Assembly (NCBI GenBank): GCA_965153355.1
Contig: OZ231126.1
Coordinates: 46,562,001 to 46,626,000 of the forward strand
Origin: Flaccisagitta enflata
Lineage: Eukaryota
Reading direction: 5' to 3'
DNA length: 64,000 nucleotides
Shown here in pieces: positions 1 through 11,345 of the stretch; within the stretch, counting starts at the first letter, position 1; the number at the start of each line of letters is the position of its first letter. The notes under the pieces were generated by a model, which did no database searches, had not been told where the DNA came from, and worked only from the letters and a program-made list of their open reading frames with translations. The position numbers were made by a program, and so were the translations under genes.

Positions 1-800
1 AGAGAAGAAAGAAGGAAAAATAGCAAAAAAGAAAGAGGGAAAGAAGGAAAGAAGGAAAGAGGGGAATGAAGGGAAGAAAGAAGGCAATAAAGAAAGGAGA
101 GAAAGAAGGCAATAAAGAAGGAAAGAAAGAAGAAAAGAGAGAAGGATAGAAAGAAGGGGAGAAAGCAGGGAAGAAAGAAGAAAAGAAGATGAGAAAGGAG
201 GACAAAAGGGAGGACAGAAAGGAGGAAAGAAAGGAGGCAGGAGAGAAGGAAGGAAGAGAGAAAGAAAGAAACAAAGAAAGTAAGAAGAAAAGAAGGAAAG
301 AAAGAAGGATAGAAAGAAGAAAAGAAAGAAGGAAAGAAAGAAGGATAGAAAGAAGAAAAGAAAGAAGGATAGAAAGAAGAAAAGAAAGAGAAAGAAGAAA
401 AGAAAGAAAGAAAGAAGGAAAGAAAGAAGGAAAGACAGAAGGTAGGAAAGAAGGTAAGAAAGAAGGTAAGAAGGAAGATAAGAGAGAAAGAAGGAAAGAC
501 AGAAAGAGGGAATGAAGAACAGAAAGACGGAAAGAAAGTAAGAAGGAAAGAAAGAAAAAGTCCTGAGAGAAAGAAAGATAGAAAGAAGGCGAGATGCCAA
601 GAAAGATGGAAAGAAAGTATGATGGAAAGAAAGATGGAAGGAAAGATGGAAAGAAAGAAAAAGATAGAAAGAGAGAATGATGGAAAGAAAGAAAAATGGA
701 AAAAAAGGTGGAAAAAAGAAAGAAATAAGGAAGAAAAGAGAGAGAAGAGAAAATCTGGGAGAAAGAAAAGAAAAAAAAGAAACAGAAGGGGAGAAAAAAA
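1..800. repeat. purine-rich (GAAA/GGAA) low-complexity tract, intronic to the Tudor gene
   Basis: Almost pure A/G degenerate AAGA/GAAG repeats. The K/E/R-rich ORFs here are artefacts. Confidence 0.9.
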
Positions 801-829
801 ACTATTCTTAGATGAGCAGGCTCCATTAC

Positions 830-3800
830 CTTCGTTATCTCATCGTTTACATTGACCATGAGCGCCTTGTTGTCATCCGTGAGTGGTTGCACGAAGACAT
901 TCTGCCAATCTTCAATATGAGGAATCAAGGCTGGAAAACTTTTGACGCTGCTCAATTGTTCTAAGGCGAAGAGAGGGACGGACTCGGCCATAATCTTTGG
1001 TGGCGGTGCGACTTGAATGGCGGGAACTGGAGCTTGGGTCGTGGCGTGTCCAGAGGACACCAACAACTCAGCAAGAGAGACACCATCTCCTCGCTTGGCA
1101 ATGACGGAAGCGACGCCATCGGTAGATTTTCCTACGACTTGAACGGACACGGGTCCAAAAATGGGAAATTGCTCCTCCACGTAAGCCGATGATTCCGGCG
1201 CCCATTCCAAAGCGCCTTCCGGCAGCGGATACAGAGGCGGAGACGTCTCGCAGCAAATGGCGAGTGAGGGTAAATTGGAGTGCAGCGAAGTTGCCGTCAT
1301 GGGTCGTAACTGAGCGGGATTAAGCATCGCGTCTTCGCCGTAATCGAGGTATCGGATGGAGACGAGTCCCGATGAGTCGACGGGTGAAGTGACTCGAGCG
1401 CGAGACCACTGACCATCGGCGACCACCCAAGCGGCGACAAAATCGCCTGAACAGATAGAGGATTAAACGGAAAAATCATCAAAACAAGTTCATTTGTTAT
1501 TCTCTGTTTTCATTGACTAACCAGCCATATCATCATACCGACAGCAGGGGCGAAGTTTGGATTCGGTGGTGAACCGGCGTAAATACGATTCAACTCCTCG
1601 CTCACACCGGCAAATCTTCCTAAGATTTCGTCGTCTACTTTCCAAATGGAAAAGCGACCGGGCTTGGCGTGATAGACGATCGTGGCTTCGATCATGTCAC
1701 CGATTTTAACGTCATCGCCGGCGGAAGAAAGATGAAGAGGAGGTGGCGATGGTTCTTTAGGGGGCTGGTGAGCATCGACGGGTTCGGACTTGGTCGATAT
1801 CTCCGGTGGACGAATCCAATCGGCGTATCCAGCGTTGACGAAGACGGTCGCCAAATCGTCGTCGCCACATCTGATGTCGACCTGAAAGTGACGAATATTA
1901 AAGAAAAAGTGGGAATACATGAAGCTGAATTAGGAACTATGTTCTTGACGTGAAACCACTTGATATCTGATCAACTCATTTCCTCGTTATTATTTAACAA
2001 AACAGATATCAGGTTTAAAGTTACTTCGTCTCTTAATACCCGTCATTACGAGGTTCAACCGTGTTTCGTACCTTGTGTCTCGAAAAAAGAGAGTCCGCCG
2101 CTTGATTTTCTCTGACGACAATTTTCAATTCCTTGAGCAGCAATTGCTTGAACAACGCCTGAACGTCGGCGGGCCAAACCAGCGCCCCATTCTTGGGAAC
2201 AACGTTGGCCAAGGCGCAAGGAACGACTCTCGAGGGCAATTCGGCGAATTCCGCCGGCAAAGGTCGGATGTCGGACAACTGCGTCGAGGCCGAGTTGCCG
2301 TAATCGGTGAACCACAAAATCGGGTTGCCATCGACCGTTTGCGAGCCCGGTTTAATAACGATGGCGCGAGAAAACTGCTCTTCGAAAAACGCCAGCACGG
2401 CGCGACCAAGGCCACAAACGTCGTCGTCGTTACCACCTGCTGCACTGATAGCCGGCATTTGCCGTAAAGACGTCGTCAAACCGGCTAGAGTGGACTCCAT
2501 GGAAATGTAGCGCACGTCGTCGGCCGACTCGAGAACGGCGAAATCTCCCGGGCCAGTGGCGTCAAAAACGGACAGAGAAGCTGAGGAACCCACTTTCAAG
2601 GTGCGGACTTCAACACGCGGCAAAGACGTCGCGGACGTGGCAACTGACAGAGGGGAAAATGGCCGAACGGAATAAGGAATCGAATAATAATTCACAGTAA
2701 CAAGCGATATGTCGATTCAGATCTTGAGAAGAGCGATGAAAAAGATAGACATGGTGATATAGGAAGAATGTCAAAATTTTGAGAATCATACCGGGACCTT
2801 CCCTGGAATCCTTGACCGATTGGAGTTTCTTCTTTGCGCAAACGTTGCGATGAACGGGCCAATCTTCAGTTTGACAATCTCGAGAGCAGTAAGGCTCTTT
2901 GCACGATCCACACTGTTGTCCCGCTTGCTTACCACATCCGACGCAAATGCGTTGACTCCTGGGTCTCGGAGAAGCGGAACGCTACCGATGGCAAAGGGAG
3001 AGGGAAGGGAACATGACAAATTTGAGGAGATATTTCATATGTTCCAAGAATACAGTTCAAATGTTTTAAAATGGTCTGAAATGGTTAAAAATGGTCTAAA
3101 ATGGTTTAAAATGCTTTGATATGTTTTGAAATGCTTCCAAATGTTTTCAAATATTTTCTAATGTAATAAAATTTCATACGTTCCAGGAATTCTGTTCAAA
3201 TTTATCTCGAGAGACAGTAAGTCTAGTCAATTTGGGATAAATATTGTACAAAGATAAGGACAAGGAACAATTACGATAACAGATGAACAAAGCCAACACC
3301 TATAAGTTGCGTGCGGGACATAAACAACTTCAGATGACTAAAATTGACTTTAAATGACTCAATATGACTCAAGATTGACTTTAAATGACTCAAGATGACC
3401 TGAATTGACTTAGAATGACCTAAATGACTAAATTGACCTCATTGACTCAAGGGACTTAACATAACTTAATATGACTTAAAATGACTTAGAATGACTTAGA
3501 ATGACTTTGTCACTTACGACTTTGAGTCACTTACGACTTAAAATGGCATTTGGGAAGGAACTGTGAGCCCAAAAGACTCAAAAACGCCAAAAAGTAATAG
3601 TCGCAAAAGCGTTAGATGGTCAGCGGTACCCGTTGCCCCTATGTGAGTATGTGTGAGTGTGTGATGGTGAGAGGGGCAGCGGCCCCGAAGGGGCCGATGA
3701 CCTATGCTTAGTAAGTTTTGAAGTTCTAGGATTGAATTTGAGCATCAATAAGGGGATTTGAGCCTCAAGACTGATTTGAGCCTCGAGGCTGTGATTTGAG

Positions 3801-5558
3801 CCTTGAGGCTGCGGTTTGAGCCTCAAGGCTGTGATTTGAGCCTCATCCTGGGATTTGAAGCTTGAGGCTGTGATTTGAGTCTACAGGCTGTGATTTGACC
3901 AATGAAGCTGTCATTTGAGCCTCATGGCTGTGATTTGAGGCTTGAGGCTGTGATTTGAGGCTTTAGGCTGTGATTTGAGCCATGAGGCTGTGATTTGGGC
4001 CTAAAGGCTAGGATTTGGGCCTCAAGACTAAGATTTGGGCCCCAAGGCCAGGATATGAGCTTCGAAGGGGGTGGACGGAGGAGAAGGAGAAGAAGAAGAA
4101 GAAGGAAAAATTTCCCCTATGTGTGAAAGCATAGGTCATCGGCCCCTTCGGGGCTGCTGCCCAAAAAGGGGACCGACTGACCCACCAACCAACAAAGCGG
4201 GGTGTAGAGTTGCGTAGCACGCGACTAATAGTCGCAAAAGCGTTAGATGGTCAGCGGTACTCGTGCCCTGCCTAAGTAGGTTGTGGTTGAAGTTGAGGGG
4301 GGAGCAGGGCAGCGGCCCCAAAGGGGTCGATGACCTATGCTTTCACACATATGGGGGATTTTCTCCTTCTCCTCCTCCTCCATCCCTCCCCCTCTCAAAT
4401 CCCAGTCTCGAGGACCAAATTCCAGTCTCGAGGTTAGAATCCCAGTCTTGAGGCCCACATCCCAGCCTCAAGGCCCAGATCCTAGCCTCAAGGCCCAAAT
4501 CCTAGCCTGGAGGCTGAGTTTTGGGCCTCAAGGCCAGGATCCGGGCCTCTTGGCTGAGATTTTGACATCGAGGCTGAGATTTGGGCCTCAAGACTGAAAA
4601 CTGGGCCTCCAGGCTAGGATTTAGGCCTTAAGGCTAGGATTTGGGCCTTAAGGCTAGGATTTGGGCCTTGAGGCTGGGATGTGGGCCTCAAAACTGGGAT
4701 TTGAGCCTCGAGACTGGAATTTGGTCCTCGAGACTGGGATTTGAGGGGGGGGACGTAGGAGGAGAAGGAGGAGAAGGAGAAAATCCCCCATATGTGTGAA
4801 AGCATAGGTCATCGACCCCTTCGGGGCCGCTGCCCAAAAAGGAGGAAACGGGCAAAAGCAAGAATCGAGAAGAGCAATAAACAGAGATGAATGCATAAAG
4901 AGATGAAATCAATGAGTCGAGAGACCATTACAAAAACTAAGAACTACGAAACCTGAGCTTGAGACATCTCGGTCGCAAAGGCTTCTTCCTCCATCTTTTG
5001 TTGCTTCCTTTTGGCAAGCTCCTCGTCGGACAGCGCAATGGCGACTTTAATTTGATGAGCTTCGTCAATTTTGGTTCCATTGAGCGCCTCGATGGCGGCG
5101 CTGGCTTCTCGAAAACTGCCGTAAGTGACCCACAGACGGGACAGCTGTGGATTCGTCACGTCGGAACTGCGACTGATCTCATCAACTTCTCCATATTTGG
5201 CAAACATTTCTTCCAGTGAAGTTGTGGTGCATCGGCGTGGAATACCTACGGAAAGCAGAGGTGTACTCTATGTTCACCGTAACAGGACAAAATACGAAGT
5301 TGTAGCATTGAACCATCACATCACATCCGCGGCAAATATACCGGTTATGTATAGCTTGGTGATCCTCTTTTCAGCCGCGTCCCTCCGCATTATCTGCACT
5401 TGACGAGCATCGCCATTAGCGACGACGCCATTCATGCTTTGCTGCTGCGCGTGGAGATCCGCGCCGATCCCGCGTTGATACGAGTTGAAGTTGGCGTTGA
5501 CGTGGGCATCTGCACTCGGATCCCACGTGTCCAAACGGACGGAGCCACACACGGACAT
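830..5558 (-). CDS. RRM + MYND zinc finger + at least 3 extended Tudor domain protein (Vreteno/Veneno/TDRD1-like piRNA pathway factor); 3' end beyond the window
   Basis: Phase-consistent GT-AG exons 5558-5342, 5245-4953, 2981-2792, 2643-2072, 1881-1539, 1446-830 (744 codons so far). RRM: KLYITGIPR...[11 protein letters not shown]...[59 protein letters not shown]. Tudor cores: FSRAIV...WFTDYGN and WSRARV...RYLDYGE. A third eTudor begins ([13 protein letters not shown]) before the donor at 829. Confidence 0.85.
3330..3545. repeat. degenerate ~10-bp tandem repeat (ATGACTYAAA-like)
   Basis: Repeated tgact/aatgac units in the Tudor gene intron. Confidence 0.7.
3596..4840 (-). mobile_element. two tandem non-autonomous elements with subterminal inverted repeats and internal 20-21-bp tandem arrays (HINE/MITE-like)
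   Basis: Copies at ~3596-4165 and ~4227-4840. Both begin AATAGTCGCAAAAGCGTTAGATGGTCAGCGGTAC. Each carries GGGCAGCGGCCCCRAAGGGGYCGATGACCTATGCT and its reverse complement flanking GGCTRGGATTTGRGCCTYRA-type arrays. Confidence 0.7.
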
Positions 5559-5895
5559 GGCGGTGGGAGATGTGGATTAATCGCGTATGGTTGTAACGTG
5601 TAAGCGTTTCTACTTATTATGTTGATGCCCTTAAATGGGTATAGGTTAGAACTCTGCAAAGACACCAAGCCGTAAATTTATGAGGCATAGTTGTGAACGG
5701 AAAATCGTAAGTGTGCGTGTTACGAAATACTACCAGTCACGTTAACAATAACAAGCGACTGATGAATAAATATTCCAACAAAAACAAAGATAGAATTTGT
5801 AGCATGGAGCACAAAGTGATTGACAAGCAGGTATTTGGAAGAATGGCACTTGAATGAATAAGAACACCGTTACTTTAACTGATCAGTTCCACGCG

Positions 5896-6966
5896 TCATA
5901 ACATTTCCGCCAGGTCCATAATGGAACCGACGTAAAAATCAGGCAAAAGAGAACGCAACGGCATTCCGTGGTGGGTTCCACCTTCACTAGACTGACAATA
6001 CCGCATGATATCGACAGATGTGACGCCCGAGAGTACGGCGATGGACGCGATGCCATTTCTTCTGGCGAACCCCACATCTGACCTCAAACTGTCGCCGACC
6101 ATACAGGCCCTCGTTGCGTCGAAATTCGGCACATTTGCGCAAATCGCCTCCAAGATGGCGGGGCCGGGTTTCCCGACGTAGGTCGGCTGTCTATCCGAGC
6201 AAGTGGCTATGCATTGTGCCAGACTTCCGGCTATAGGTTGAACGCGTCCCGGAGAGAACTCATAACCAGTTTCCCACGAAGTAGCGAGAAAGTGACACTG
6301 CCAATCACTGACACCGTCGCGTCTCTTCAAGTAACTCGCGGCTTTTGTCAGCTTCATGAAATTAAAATGCTCGTCCTGGCCGATCACAACGACTTTGACA
6401 TCGTCAACCAGCGGAATAGCGAGAATGTCCGCCAACTCGAAAGAAGGCGGTGTGTTATCCGCGCCATTACCAAAATGATTGATTCCGTGAGTTGTGAGTT
6501 CTTCCTCCAACCCTTTGGATCCCATCAAATACACCGAGTCGTTCGGTTTCTCCAAAAGCTGTTCCAACTTAAAGCGCATGACTCGATTTACGCTGAAATT
6601 GTCGTTTGGTGAGCAAACGTAACCCGTCATCCGATGGATTTTGTCGTTGAGCGCTTGCGTCGAGGGAATGCTGTTATTGGAGGCGAACAAGATGGTTTTC
6701 CCTTTGTCTCTTAACTTGCCCAGTGCGTGCTGCACGCGATCGAACCTTTGAGCGTGATCAACGTGCCATATCACGCCGTCGCAATCCAAAATGAGGGTGT
6801 CGAAACGATCTAATATCCCCAGCGCGTTTCTTTTCGTGATTTCCACCGGCCATGAAGATGAGTGAGAGGAAAGGTTTTTGACTAGAGTCGCGGACAATGC
6901 ATTGAAGGCATATCGGAATGGCACATTCACAAGTGTCAAGTTTGGTTTTGCTAAAAAAGCTGCCAT
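5896..6966 (-). CDS. HAD-superfamily class IIA phosphatase (phosphoglycolate/pyridoxal phosphatase-like), intronless, 356 aa
   Basis: Motif I LILDCDGVIW, motif II ASNNS, GKP, motif IV MVGDSLRSDVGF, VLSGVTS, C-terminal PDFYVGSI. The N-terminal extension is basic/hydroxylated and may be a mitochondrial presequence. Confidence 0.9.
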   Translation of the reverse strand: MAAFLAKPNLTLVNVPFRYAFNALSATLVKNLSSHSSSWPVEITKRNALGILDRFDTLILDCDGVIWHVDHAQRFDRVQHALGKLRDKGKTILFASNNSIPSTQALNDKIHRMTGYVCSPNDNFSVNRVMRFKLEQLLEKPNDSVYLMGSKGLEEELTTHGINHFGNGADNTPPSFELADILAIPLVDDVKVVVIGQDEHFNFMKLTKAASYLKRRDGVSDWQCHFLATSWETGYEFSPGRVQPIAGSLAQCIATCSDRQPTYVGKPGPAILEAICANVPNFDATRACMVGDSLRSDVGFARRNGIASIAVLSGVTSVDIMRYCQSSEGGTHHGMPLRSLLPDFYVGSIMDLAEML

Positions 6967-7028
6967 TCTAAAAAAAGTGTATTTCTGGTGAGGGGAGAAA
7001 CTGGTGGTGCTTGAACATTAACAACATT

Positions 7029-7100
7029 ATTTGAAATATATCATCCGTTTGACAACGAGCTCATTTGAAAAGCCTTTCATCATCAAACATCATGCCAAAT
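7029..7100 (-). promoter_or_regulatory. eukaryotic SECIS element, type II
   Basis: Minus strand reads ATTTGGC-ATGAT-GTTTGATGATG-AAA-GGCTT-TTCAAAT-GAGCT-CGTTGTCAAAC-GGAT-GATATATTT-CAAAT. This gives an AUGA/GA kink-turn core, an 11-bp helix II fully paired with G-U wobbles, unpaired AAA, a 5-bp apical mini-helix, and helix I ATTTG/CAAAT. It lies downstream of the UGA-containing SPS2. Confidence 0.88.
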
Positions 7101-7217
7101 GAAGATGAAGTTGAATCAAGCATTCTGGTGTACATCATGAACCATTATTCCATTAACAATTTTAATCTACTGATCAACCATGATCAATATAAAAAGTTTC
7201 ATTTGAATTAAATCAAA

Positions 7218-8519
7218 AAAATCTGATCAGTATCTGGGTCCGCGACGGAAGGGGGTGAAAGATCACCAATTCCATAAGATCGCTATCACCAAAAGATCGC
7301 TAACCCTGTTAGAGTCTCCATACAAAGTTTCATGCAAATCCATTGAAAAATGGCAAAGTTATGCACGTTTCACTTTTAGGCTAGTAGGGTGGTTGGGTGG
7401 TAGGCTGGTTTGGATAAATAGTGTGCATATGTTGAGTTCTTCCATTTAGAGACTCTATATCAAGTTTCAACCAAATTGGTTGAAAAATGTCCAATTTATG
7501 CAAGTTTGTTACTTTTAAGACGGTAGGCTGTTTGGGTGGTAGGTCGGTTTGGCCGGTTAGCATACTCAAACGTAAATAAATCACGTACATATGTTGAGTC
7601 CTTCCATTTAGAGACTCCATACCAAATTTCAACCAAATTGGTTGAAAGATGCCAAGGATATGCACATTTTTCGCTTTTAGGCTGGTAGGCTGGTTGGATG
7701 GTAGGCTGGTTTGGCAGGATAAATAGTGTGCATATGTTGAGTTCTTCCATTTAGAGACTCCATATCAAGTATCAACCTAATTGGTTGAAAAATGTAAAAG
7801 TTATGCAAGTTTTTCACTTTTAAGCCAGTACGCTGGTTGGGTGGTAGGTCGGTTTGGCCGGTTAGCATGCTCAAATGCATATAAATCATATACATATGTT
7901 GAGGCCTTCCATTTAGAGATTCCATACCAAATTTCAGCCAAATCCGTTGAAAAATGCCTAAGTTATGCACGTTTTTCACTTTTAGGCCGGTAGGCTGGTT
8001 GGGTGGTAGGCTGGTTTGACAGGATAAATAGTGTGCATATGTTGAGTTCTTCCATTTAGAGACTATATACCAAGTTTCAACCAAATCAGTTGAAAAATGA
8101 CAAAGTTATGCAAGTTTTTCACTTTTAGGCCGGTTGGCTGGTTGGGTGGTAGGTCGGTTTGGCCGGTTAGCATGCTCAAATGCATATAAATCATATACAT
8201 ATGTTGAGTCCTTCCATTAAGAGACTCCATACCAAATTTCAGCCAAATGGGTTGAAAAATGCCAAAGTTATGCACGTTTTTCACTTTTAGGCCGGTAGGC
8301 TGGTTGGGCCGGTTGGGTTGGTCGGATCACAAAAATCGGATAGGATGTAAAGCGCCTAACCCTATTACAACTTCCCACCAAATATGAACCAAATCGGTCA
8401 AAGCATAAAAAAGTTATCCATTTTTTAAAATCCGTCACAACGACGACGACGACGACGACGACACCCACCCGCCTGGAATTATAGTCCGCGTCGGAATGAT
8501 ATTCCGTCGCGGACAAAAA
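7218..8519 (-). mobile_element. Helentron-associated/DINE-1-like non-autonomous element with ~305-bp internal tandem repeats, inserted between the SPS2 stop and its SECIS
   Basis: 13-bp subterminal inverted repeats GTCCGCGACGGAA (7238-7250) / TTCCGTCGCGGAC (8502-8514). Extra IR copy at 8484-8496 forms a terminal hairpin. (GTC)n microsatellite at ~8441-8462. T-run flanks on the minus strand. Repeat unit recurs at ~7412, 7717, 8022. Confidence 0.75.
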
Positions 8520-8616
8520 TTGAGACCAATAAAGTAAAATCATTCGACTAGCGGTTGGCTCATTGAACAAGAAACAGGAGCGCACAAACACTGGAAATGT
8601 GAACGTCGAAAGTCCT

Positions 8617-11090
8617 CTACCACAACTCATCTTCCCTCTCAACTGAAGGAACTTCCGTGATTCGCGGATTGTCAATGATTCGCGCAGTTCTTCCACCACA
8701 CACAACCTCGCCAACGACCCTGATAGTAATAGACAATAATGTTTCAGAAATGACTAAATCAGCAAATCATACTGTACACCGTGCATTTCTTTGATGATAA
8801 AACAGTCGCCACGATGACCCAGCTTTTCTATGAGAACCTCAAAGCTTTAAGAAATACACCAAAATCCTCACCAAGCCGGCAATCCTTCCTCCTCACGAAT
8901 GTCTTTCACAAAAGCATCCGCGGCTTCCTTAGGTATGCAGAGGAGCAGCCCTCCACTGGTCTCGGCAGAATATCCTTGCAGCAACCCAAATGCGATGCCA
9001 CAAGTTTTGGCGACTGGAACCATTTTAGCGATGATCGGAAGATTATCAATCACAAACTCAACTTCGTTTTTCTGAACCTGATATTGATGTAGTAAATAAA
9101 GAGCACAAGCCCGAGTGAGTGAGGTTCATTCTTTAATCTATATTCGCTCTTTTGTCCCTACACAAGGACGTCCCAACTGTCATAATTACATAGTAACATT
9201 CTGGTAGGCCAAAGCAAATGACACATACCTTGGCCATATTCGCGGCGTGACCGAGAATCCCATAGCCGGTGACGTCAGTCGCGCAGTGAGCGCCATGCTT
9301 TTTCATTAAACGCGCGCCGACACGATTTAACCTCGACATAGACGCGGCGGCACGTTGGAAGGCCTTGACGCAATCTTGAGGAGTAATTATGTTGGAAATA
9401 CGATCCCACCATTCGTTCTTTTGATCCATCCATTGGTGGGCGTTGACGGCTATTTGTGTACCCAGTGGCTTAGTGAGAATAAGGACATCTCCGACGCAAG
9501 CGCCATCGGGAGAGATGAATCTGAAAATTTAAAAAGATGGACTATCCACTAAATGAAGAATCAGAATCAAATTAGTCAATTTCCTAACATGAACAGTGGT
9601 TTTACAATTCAACGTGAACAAGGACAGGTTTCACATACATTTACGTATTAGTGAAAACAGAAAAAGTCAGTACTTTCTAGTGGAACAGCCAAATCTCTGT
9701 TCAATGACAAAAAAGAAAGAGAGAAAGTTTTAATGTTTTTAGGGAGACAGATTCTGGGAAAGAGATCAAACGGAAGAACAATGGAAAAGGAGAAGAGAGG
9801 TGAACTCTTTGCCCCCTCCCTCTCGGAATCCACCCACATCACGACTGGTATTTCTTCAGTCATTGAACAAAGATTTGGCTGCACAAACAGAAAGTTATGA
9901 CTTTATTGACCAACAATGTATGTGAAACCTCACTTTGATGTTTTTCTTCATCTAATTAGAATCAACATACATTAGAATCGACATACATTAGAATCGACAT
10001 ACATTTTAATGTACATTTTAATCATGTTGCCACAAAATGCCCAACTATGTCATTGCTTTTGACTAGGATAGCAAACGCTCTTGCGCAGCTCTTATGTGGC
10101 TGCGATAATGTGGAGAGGGGTAGGAGGAGAAGAGGATGATACAAAAACAGTAACTGAAAACATGACTACCGCTGTAAAACCTGGCATTCACAGCACATTT
10201 ACTTCTCATACACAGTAACTTACTCATCGTTAGAGCACACGCTGCTCGCAACGCCTCCGATCATCATCCAAGGATTGGGAGCAATTTGGCCACCCCTGAC
10301 CATGGCGCCTCCTTCCTTGGCGCAATCTCTAAATCCCTCCAGCATTTTGCCAATAACGACGTCCCGCTCTTCGTCGCTCAAGCGCGTGGGAATGCCGCAT
10401 ATGAGTTCCACGTTATCGCAGTCAGTCACGCCCATGGCGTAGAGGTCTGACAGGACGTTGGCGCAAGCGATTCTTCCTTGCATATATGGATCCTCGACCA
10501 AGGGATAGAAAAAGTCGGTCGTTTGGATAAGCGAAAGATTTCCGTGTCGTAGAGGAAGGATGCAACAATCGACGCCGATGCCGATGCGTTTTCTTTCTGG
10601 CTGATCCTGCCCGGGTACCTGAGGTGAAGTTTCGTCGATAATTTTCGTGCAATCGTCGCCATCGCAGACGGAAGTTTGGGCATTGGAAGATTGGTCGGGA
10701 TCAGCTGTGGAGCGATCGCCATTACCGTTATCCTCTTGAAGACCCTCGAGGAGTTTACTGCGGAGAAAAAAATATGTGACAAGGAGTCGCAATATCGTTG
10801 TTGACGGGTGGGCAGGGGCATCCAAACCCCAGCCCAGATGGTCCGACGGGTGGACGGATGGATGGACTCAGCCTCTTATAGAGTCGCGTGTCCGCAACTA
10901 AAAATATTTTATTTTCATGAGCGAACCTCAAACCGTCTTGTGGTTTTTAAGTAACGGGTGAAAATGACAAAACTCACAAGAGCAACTCCTGAGGGACCTT
11001 GCAGCCTCATCCTTTTAAGTCGGCAAGCTTTGTAAGACGAAATTCCGGATCCAAGCCGTGGGCCGACGGCGAGAAGGTACCTTGTTCCAT
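8617..11090 (-). CDS. SEPHS2: selenophosphate synthetase 2 (selenoprotein, Sec28), 415 aa
   Basis: Exons 11090-10978, 10757-10224, 9520-9229, 9077-8872, 8719-8617 (1248 nt, phases consistent). Sequence: [44 protein letters not shown]...IGVDCC...[32 protein letters not shown]...[21 protein letters not shown]...[13 protein letters not shown]...ETSGGLLL...[39 protein letters not shown] downstream. Confidence 0.95.
11007..11009 (-). other. in-frame UGA selenocysteine codon of SPS2
   Basis: GGA-TGA-GGC-TGC-AAG at the conserved U/C-x-x-K catalytic position of SelD/SPS2. Confidence 0.93.
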
Positions 11091-11345
11091 CTTTTTAGAG
11101 TCAATTTACCAGCAAGCTAAAGTCCCTGCAATTCGCAGAATTCAGGAATTGAATAACATGTAAACAGATTACTAAATCAAGCGAACAGTTCAGTAAGCGA
11201 CAAAAATCAGCTGATTGAGACTGGTTGATCGTCAACGCATTTTCAGACGAATCAAGGAGAAAAAGAACGTTAAAAATTATCTTTGGAAGACGCATTTGAT
11301 CAGCATCATGGTGACAAAATGTTCAGTCAGTAGCAAAACGACGTA

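Noticed and set aside
189-855. K/E/R-rich plus-strand ORFs
   Set aside because: Purine low-complexity intron sequence antisense to the Tudor gene.
7255-8300. Repetitive ORFs (…IFQPIWLKFGMESLNGRTQHM…) or a CRISPR-like array
   Set aside because: These are translations of ~305-bp tandem units inside a transposon. There are no unique spacers or cas genes, and the context is eukaryotic.
8520-8616. SECIS immediately after the SPS2 stop (ATGA...TGAT)
   Set aside because: Spacing is too short and there is no helix II or apical AA. The 7029-7100 structure fits far better.
6967-8872. Cis-spliced SPS2-HAD fusion (the phase-2 SPS2 donors fit the AG|A-ATG acceptor in frame)
   Set aside because: Such splicing would delete the SECIS and the SPS C-terminus. 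Phase compatibility is a one-in-three coincidence and there is no supporting evidence.
11007-11009. SPS as a pseudogene with a premature stop, or SECIS-less SPS1-UGA
   Set aside because: The TGA is exactly at the Sec position, all exons are intact, and a canonical SECIS is present.
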